The translations under genes were made by a program, and so were the position numbers. A model generated the notes under the pieces. The model did no database searches. It was not told where the DNA came from and saw only the letters and a program-made list of their open reading frames with translations. From the NCBI RefSeq assembly GCF_009914755.1, contig NC_060945.1: 64,000 bases of DNA. One strand, given 5' to 3'. Source of the DNA: the human T2T-CHM13v2.0 reference genome, Homo sapiens. This document shows positions 54,615-64,000 of this stretch, one piece after another; the first letter of the stretch is position 1, and every line of letters begins with the position of its first letter.

Positions 54615-54977
54615 TATTATACTTTAAGTTTTAGAGTACATGTGCACAATGTGCAGGTTTGTTACATATGTATACATGTGCCATGTTGGTGTGCTGCACC
54701 CATTAACTCGTCATTTAACATTGGGTATATCTCCTAATGCTATCCCTGCCCCCTCCCCCCACCCCACAACCAACCCAAATGTCCAACAATGATAGACTGG
54801 ATTAAGAAAATGTGGCACATATACACCATGGAATACTATGCAGCCATAAAAAATGATGAGTTCATGTCCTTTGTAGGGACATGGATGAAGCTGGAAACCA
54901 TTATTCTCAGCAAACTATTGCAAGAACAAAAAGCCAAACACCGCATGTTCTCACTCATAGGTAGGAATTGAACAATA
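54615..54977 (-). mobile_element. Young L1PA (PA3/PA4-like), 5'-truncated and inverted
   Basis: Little-diverged L1PA 3' end on the minus strand to 54770, then plus-strand ORF2 end (MIDWIKKMWHIYTMEYYAAIKNDEFMSF). TSD AAAAATTTTT at 54605-54614 and 54978-54987. Confidence 0.93.
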
Positions 54978-56869
54978 AAAAATTTTTAGAAAAACAGGAG
55001 TAAATCTTAGAAGAAAACTTAGGAATATATGATTTTAAGTTAAGCAATGATTTCTTAGATCTGACACCAATAGCACAAATGACAAAAGAAGAAAACCATA
55101 AATTATACATACTCATAATTTTAAATTTTTGTGCTGTAAATGATAGTATCCAGGAATTGAAAACAAAGAGAATGGGAATCAATATTTTAAAATTATGTAT
55201 CTGATAAGCCATATGCTTCCAGAATACATAAAGGGCACTTACAGCTCATTAGTAAAAATATAAATAATCTAATTAAAAATGGACAAAAGATCAGAATAGA
55301 AATTTCTTCAAAAAAATGTTAAATAGCCAATAATCACATTAAAAATTGCTCAACATAATTAGTCAAATGGGAAAATGCAACACGAAACTGCAGTGAGATG
55401 ATGCTTCATGCCTCCTAAGATGGCTATGATGAAAGACATCTAACAAACATTGTCAAGGATGTGAAAAAATGTTATCCTCATAAATTCCTGGTGGTAAAGA
55501 AGCGCAGCTGTTTTAGAAAACATTCTGGCAGTTCCTCAAAGGGTTAAACATAAACTTACCATATGACCTAGTAATTCCACTTCTAGGTAAATCTAAGAGA
55601 TATAAAAACATTTGTCCATTCAAAAACTTCTACATTAATCTTCATAGTAACACTATTCTTAATAGCCAAAAGGTTGAGACAACCTCAGTTTTCATTAACA
55701 ATGGATAAATAAAATGTAGTATATTCATACAATAGGATAACATTAATATAAGAAATAAAGTATTGAAGTATGCTCCAACATGGATTAATCTTGAAAACAT
55801 TATGCTAAGTGAAAAAAGTCAGCCACAAAGGACTACATATTGTATGATTCCATTTATCTGAAACGTCCATTAAAGGCAAATACATACAGGCAGAAGTTAG
55901 ACTGGTGGTTGCCCAGGGCTGGGGATTTCAGGTGCAAGAGGAAACAACTGCTAATGAATATGGAGTTTCTTGTTGGGGTGTCAAGTACGTTGTGAAATTT
56001 TTTTTGCCACGATGGTTGTACAACTCAGTGAATATATATTTTAAAAAACACTAAGTAGTACCCTGTAAGGGAATAAATTGTATGTTAAGTAAAATATCTC
56101 ATTAAAATTGTGTCAAAATTATAGTTCTAGGATCCCTTTAAGTTAAAATTTTTAGGGCTAACAGGAAAAAACTTTATTAATATGGTTAGAAGCTACAGTC
56201 TTCTATTAAAGGAACTAAATAACCTGAACAACTAGAGGTGGCATAATAATCATTCCCCTTTTGGAGTTATGGAATAATTCATAGAATGACTATAAACAGA
56301 GCTTAGCACATTCCATAAGGGTCTCAAACAAGGATTTGGGAAACCTCAGATTTAAGTCTTGGTAGTTGGTAAAAAACAAATAGAAAAAAAAAACAAAAAA
56401 TGTGGTAAGTAGTCTCTAAAGATAATGATAATTATGTGAGCTCAATTTAATTGACAGTGGGGCTTACACCATATTCTTCCAATGCTTACAGTCATTGCTC
56501 AAAACTACCTTCTCTTTTGACGTCCTTTTCTACAGAACTGAGGGCTTCTAGACAAAGGCTCGACTTCACACCATCATAGCCATATCAGCTGAATCTTCTG
56601 TCAATTAGTAATACCACAAAAATATGGAAAGCCCAGAAGGACAGTGTTATGTTTCTAGTACACAAATAGAAGCTTTAGGATTGCAGTTGAAAGGGAGAAT
56701 AGCTGTGGTATCCACAGTTAACTGAGTGAAGACCACAATAAAGACTCAAAAATGGTGTAGTGAAAAAATTACTGGACAATAAATTCAATATGGCATTTAC
56801 AATCTTGTTTTCAGTTGAGTGATTCTAACAAAGAGATCTTCTTTTGACAATATTTATTTTCTTCAAAAA

Positions 56870-59710
56870 ATTATACTGAAGAATTACTGTTCTCATGTAA
56901 TATGCAACAGTGCCATTGCCTTTGTGGAATTCCCTCTCCTACAATGTGAATTGGATTTAGAGACTCCCCATGTAACAAATACAAAAAACGAGAAGTTAGT
57001 GGATGTCAATCCACTATTAGGACATTGTATTAGTCCATTTTCATGCTGCTGAGAAAGACATGCCTGAGACTGGGCAATTTACTAAAGGAAGAGGTGTAAT
57101 GGACTTAGAGTTCCACATGACTTGGAAAGCCTCACAATCATGGCTGAAGGCAAAGAGGAGCAAGTCATATCTTACACGGATGGCAGCAGGCACAGAAAGA
57201 GTTTCTGCAGGGCGACTACCATTTTTAAAATGATCAGATCTTGTGAGACTCATTCATTACCACAAGAACTGTGCAGGAAGCCCCGCCCCCCATAATTCAA
57301 TCACTTCCCACCAGGTTCCTTCCACGATATATGGGAATTGTGGGAGTTATAATTCAATATGAGATTTGGGTGGGGACACAGTCAAACCATATCATTCTGC
57401 CCCTGGCCCCTTCCAGATCTCATGTCCTCACATTTCAAAACCAGTCATTCCTTCCTAGCAGTCCCCCAAAGTCTTAACTCATTTCAGCATTAACTCAAAA
57501 GTCCAGAGTCCAGTGTCTCATCTGAAACAAGGCAAGTCCTTCTGCCTATGAGCCTGTAAAATCAAAAGCAAATTAGTTACTTTCTAGATGCAATGGGGAT
57601 ACAGGCATTTGGTAAATACACCCATTCCAAATGGGAGAAATTTGTCAAAACAAAGGGGCTACAGGTTCCATGAAAGTCTGACATCCAGCAGGGCAGTCAA
57701 ATCTCAAGTCTCCAAAATGATCTTCTTTGATTCTATGTCTAACATCCAGGTCACAATCATGCAAGAGGTAGGTTGCCATGCTATTGGGGCAGCTCTGTCC
57801 CTGTGGCTTTGCAGGGCACAGCCTCCTTCTGGGCTGCTTTCACGGGCTGGCTTTGAGTGTCTTTGGCTTTTCCAGGCACAAGGTACAAGGTGTGCATGGA
57901 TCTACCATTCTGGGGTCTGGAGGATGGTGGCCCTCTTCTTACATCTCCACTAGGCAGTGCCTCAGTAGGGACTCCAAGTGTGAGCTCCAACCCATTTCCC
58001 TTCTGCTCTACTTTAGCAGAGGTTCTCCATGAGAGCCCCACCACTGCAGCAAACTTCTGTCTGGACATCCAGGCATTTTCATACATCCTCTGAAATCTAG
58101 GTGAAGGTTCCCAAATCCCAATTTATGACCTCTGTGCACTCACAGGCTCAATACCACATGGAAGCTGTCAAGGCTTGGGGCTTGCACCCTCTGGAGCCAT
58201 GGCTTGAGCTGTACCTTGGCTCATTTTAGTCATGGCTGGAATGGCTGGGACACTGAGCACCAAGTCCCTAGACTGGACACAGCATGGGGACCCTGGGCCT
58301 GGCCCACAAAACCATTTTTTCCTCCTTGGCCTTTGGGACTGAGATGGGAGGGGGTGCCGTGAAGACCTCTGACATGCCCTGGAGGCATTTTCCCCATAGT
58401 CTTGGGGACTAACTTGTTATTTATGCAAATTTCTGCAGCCAGCTTGAATTTCTCCTCAGAAAATAGGATTTTCTTTTCATCACATTGTCAGGCTGCAAAT
58501 TTTCTGAACTTTTATGCTATGTTTCTCTTATAAAACTGAATGCCTTTACCAGTACCCAAGTCACCTCTTGAATGCTTTGCTGCTTAGAAACTTCTTCTGC
58601 TAATTACCCTAAATCATCTCCCTCAAGTTCAAAGTTCTGCATATCTCTAGGGCAGGGGCAAAATGCCACCAGTCTGTTTGCTAAAACATAACAAGAGTCA
58701 CCTTACATCCAGCTTGCAACAAGTTCCTCATCTCCATCTGAGACCACCTCAGCCTGGATTTTGTTGTCAATATTATTATCAGCATCTTGGTCAAAGCCAC
58801 TCAACAAGTCTCTAGGAAGTTCCAAACTTTCCACATTTTGCTGTCTTCTCCTGAGCCCTCCAAACTGTTCCAGCCACTCCCTGTTACCCAGTTCAAAAGT
58901 CTCTTCCACATTTCCTAGTATCTTTTCAACAACGACCCACTCTATTGGTATGAATTTACTGTATTAGGCCATTTTCATACGCTGATAAATACATACCTGA
59001 GACTGGACAATTTCCAAAAAAAGAGGTTTACTGTTCCACCTGGCTAGGGAGGCCTCACAATCATTGTGGAAGGCAAGCAGACACAATTCATATCTTACAT
59101 GGATGACACCGGGAAAAGAGAGAGCTTGTTCAGAGAAACTCCCATTTTTAAAACCATCAGATATCGTGAGACTCATTTACTATAATAAGAACAATGCAGG
59201 AAAGACCTGCTCCCATAATTCAATTCCATTCCACTGGGTTCGTCCTTGAATTGTGGAAGTTACAATTCAAGATGAGATTTGGATGGTGACATAGCCAAAC
59301 CATATCAGCCATGAAAGACCATGAGAGACTCTCTCTCTTTTTGTTCCCTCTCTCTCTATCTTCCCTTAATTTATGCTTTCTGTCTCTCAGATTTCTTATT
59401 CTGGGGAAAGCAATATCTCACACAATGAGAAGTTCTATGGAGAGGCCCACAAGGCAAGGAACTGATAATTTCAGGCAACGGCTTTGTGAATGAATTTAGA
59501 AGAGGATTCTTGCCCAGTCAACCCCAGAGATAAATGCAGTCTTGGTTGATACCTTCTTTACAGCCTTAGAAAGACCTTGAACAGGAAACACCCAGCTAAG
59601 CCCCTTTCAGATTCCTGATAATCAGGAGCTGTGTGAGTATAAGTATTTTTTTACTTTAAATCACTAAATTTTGTGGTAATTTCTTATGTGGCAGTAGATA
59701 ATTAATTCCC
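56870..59710 (+). mobile_element. MLT1E/F-like LTR split by THE1
   Basis: Left part about 56870-57025. Right part 59313-59710 (tatggagaggcccacaaggcaaggaactg...gcagtagataattaat). Confidence 0.7.
57026..59307 (-). mobile_element. Full-length THE1B/C-like MaLR element
   Basis: LTRs at 57026-57394 and 58960-59307. TSD GACAT/GCCAT. Confidence 0.94.
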
Positions 59711-60325
59711 CTAATAAAGAAATTATAATAGACTAAGGAGAATGAGCTATAAATGTGTACATTTATATATCCACAGAGGGAAGAATGATCAGTTATTTTT
59801 TACTCCCCCAAATCAATAGGAGATTATGTCACAGATTCTGACATTTCAAATCTTTTCAATCTTTACTTACAAATACTCTGATGATTTTCTCCCTCGCTGT
59901 AAAACTCTTTTGTTTATTCTTCTGAACAAATATTGTGAGTCTCCTTATTTTCACACATATTTGAATCTTTTTTTAACAAATATAAGTTTTACAATATTTA
60001 ATTTATCAGACTTGTTTTTGAAATACATATTAAATCTTGTTTACTCTGTCTCCTTTCTTCAAATATACATTTAAAATATCTTTAAAAATTCATATGTACT
60101 TGACTTTGTATCTTTACATTCCTCACATTTTCAAACTGTATACTTCAATCACTTTAAATATGTATATACATAGATATAGATATTAGCCAATTCTTTTATG
60201 TTTGTGTATTTGTGAGTAAAAGAGCCTTCTTATTCTATGGATACCAGAATAAAAAGGCAGGAGGTGATTGCTAGTATCTTGGATTTTATTTATGTATCAA
60301 ATAAAGACAGCTACGTGTTAAGACA

Positions 60326-63410
<3,085 letters not shown>

Positions 63411-64000
63411 GTCTTGGCATTTTGTAATTTAGGAATTTGAAATTTGAGCTTGATGAATGAGTAAAACTGATTCTCACACTGATCTACAGCAGTCAATGTT
63501 CTTGTATACAAAACATCAGAGATTGTATTGTATAATTTGTAAACCAGGAAAGTAACTTTTAACTAAAGCAAATATGCATAAAATTTATTTTAGTATCAAA
63601 AAAAGTAAAGTCATACTTGTAGGATTATTTATTCTAAATTATTCTAGTAATAATTTATATTCTTCAACTAGATAAGATATTGTTAGAATTAAAATGGAAA
63701 ATATGATGATTATGGATTTAAAATTTTATAGTTAAAATGTCCTAGAGATGTATGAACATTTTAGTATAACATTACACCAATGTATTACAACAAACTCGGT
63801 TTTAAAAATAAATAGGCTAATTTTAAAACAAAACAAAAAAAAACTAGAACAATAGAATTCAGGAATCAAGGATTCCAGTGAATAATTCATTTTTTGGTGG
63901 ATCCAAATGTCAACGTATTTATAAATTTGTTTTGACAAAAACTTATCTGGAATTCTCTACTTTAATTAAACTTGTGTAAAGTGATAGAACATATTTCAGT

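Larger units (their letters stand above)
52860..56110 (+). mobile_element. Old L1M (L1MB-like) with nested MLT1B and young L1PA
   Basis: ORF2 remnants from about 53380 (aaggcaaggatgtc...ttcaacatt) through an L1MB-type 3' UTR ending about 56105. Confidence 0.8.

Overview
This is primate (human-like) genomic DNA, not prokaryotic. The only convincing coding feature is the terminal exon of NCAM2 on the + strand: splice acceptor AG at 1901-1902, CDS 1903-2014 reading (E)[36 protein letters not shown]. It is followed by a long AT-rich 3' UTR with candidate poly(A) signals at 4216 and 7384. The remaining ~56 kb is gene-poor, repeat-dense intergenic DNA: about 14 Alu/FLAM elements, old L1s (one near full length at 17-24.5 kb), three two-LTR THE1 MaLR elements plus a partial one and several solo MaLR LTRs, a heavily deleted ERV-L with an RT YIDD motif, Tigger1, MER5A, MER3, MIRs, L2 and microsatellites. 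Almost every ORF in the supplied track is repeat-derived or spurious. I found no convincing novel gene or biological system. The features most worth a second look are rearrangement scars and possible regulatory potential: a 58-bp templated copy between two Alus, a chimeric THE1 with a fold-back inversion, three inverted (twin-primed) L1s, an AT-only palindromic insert, a 60-bp hairpin duplication, intact DUX4 motifs in THE1 LTRs and alternative polyadenylation of NCAM2. Repeat subfamily names come from my recall of consensus sequences and need RepeatMasker/Dfam confirmation.
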